Under the pieces are notes generated by a model. It did not search any database, was not told where the DNA came from, and saw only the letters and a program-made list of their open reading frames with translations. This document shows, piece after piece, positions 26,895-26,915 of a stretch of 26,915 nucleotides of DNA. Position numbers and translations under genes: made by a program. This DNA is from a virus (Duplodnaviria > Caudoviricetes): the IMG/VR virus record IMGVR_UViG_3300049899_000297, positions 1 to 26,915 of that record; one strand, written 5' to 3'. Every line of letters begins with the position of its first letter. The stretch's first letter is position 1.

Positions 26895-26915
26895 AAAAAA
26901 AGCCCCCAATAAATG
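26895..26915 (-). terminator. Probable terminator of the upstream gene (truncated by window end)
   Basis: A7 run followed by GCCCCC-AATAAAT-G. The second stem arm would lie outside the window. Confidence 0.45.

Noticed and set aside
1-26915. Bacterial contractile injection system (eCIS/tailocin) or host assignment
   Set aside because: Neck and head-closure genes imply a capsid-bearing phage. Nothing in the window identifies the host beyond the use of canonical SD sequences.

Overview
AT-rich phage DNA carrying one minus-strand virion-morphogenesis module of a T4-like contractile-tailed (myovirus-type) phage, read with the standard genetic code and AGGAG Shine-Dalgarno sites. In transcription order (right to left): gp13-like neck, gp14-like head closure, two gp15-like tail-terminator paralogues, about 16 kb of Ser/Thr/Gly-rich fibre or appendage genes (the largest has a C-terminal Peptidase_S74 chaperone), tail sheath, tail tube, a 50-aa membrane peptide, a gp26-like chaperone, an 82-aa basic protein, a tape measure protein and the 5' end of one more gene. 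The most notable signals outside the ORF track are: (1) a probable programmed +1/-2 frameshift at TTT TTT T that fuses the gp26-like gene to a gp51-like frame; (2) a GC-rich three-way-junction RNA-like element at 11914-11970; (3) an exact 19-bp intergenic site in two inverted copies, one beside a nuclease-less Zn-finger/NUMOD3-like gene; (4) a recurring ATATTTAT upstream motif, i.e. the T4 late promoter in reverse orientation; (5) a 31/33-nt copy of the sheath N-terminal coding sequence inside the gene downstream of the tape measure; (6) shared terminal motifs suggesting the fibre proteins dock in series. All family calls come from motif recognition and synteny by eye, not from database searches.
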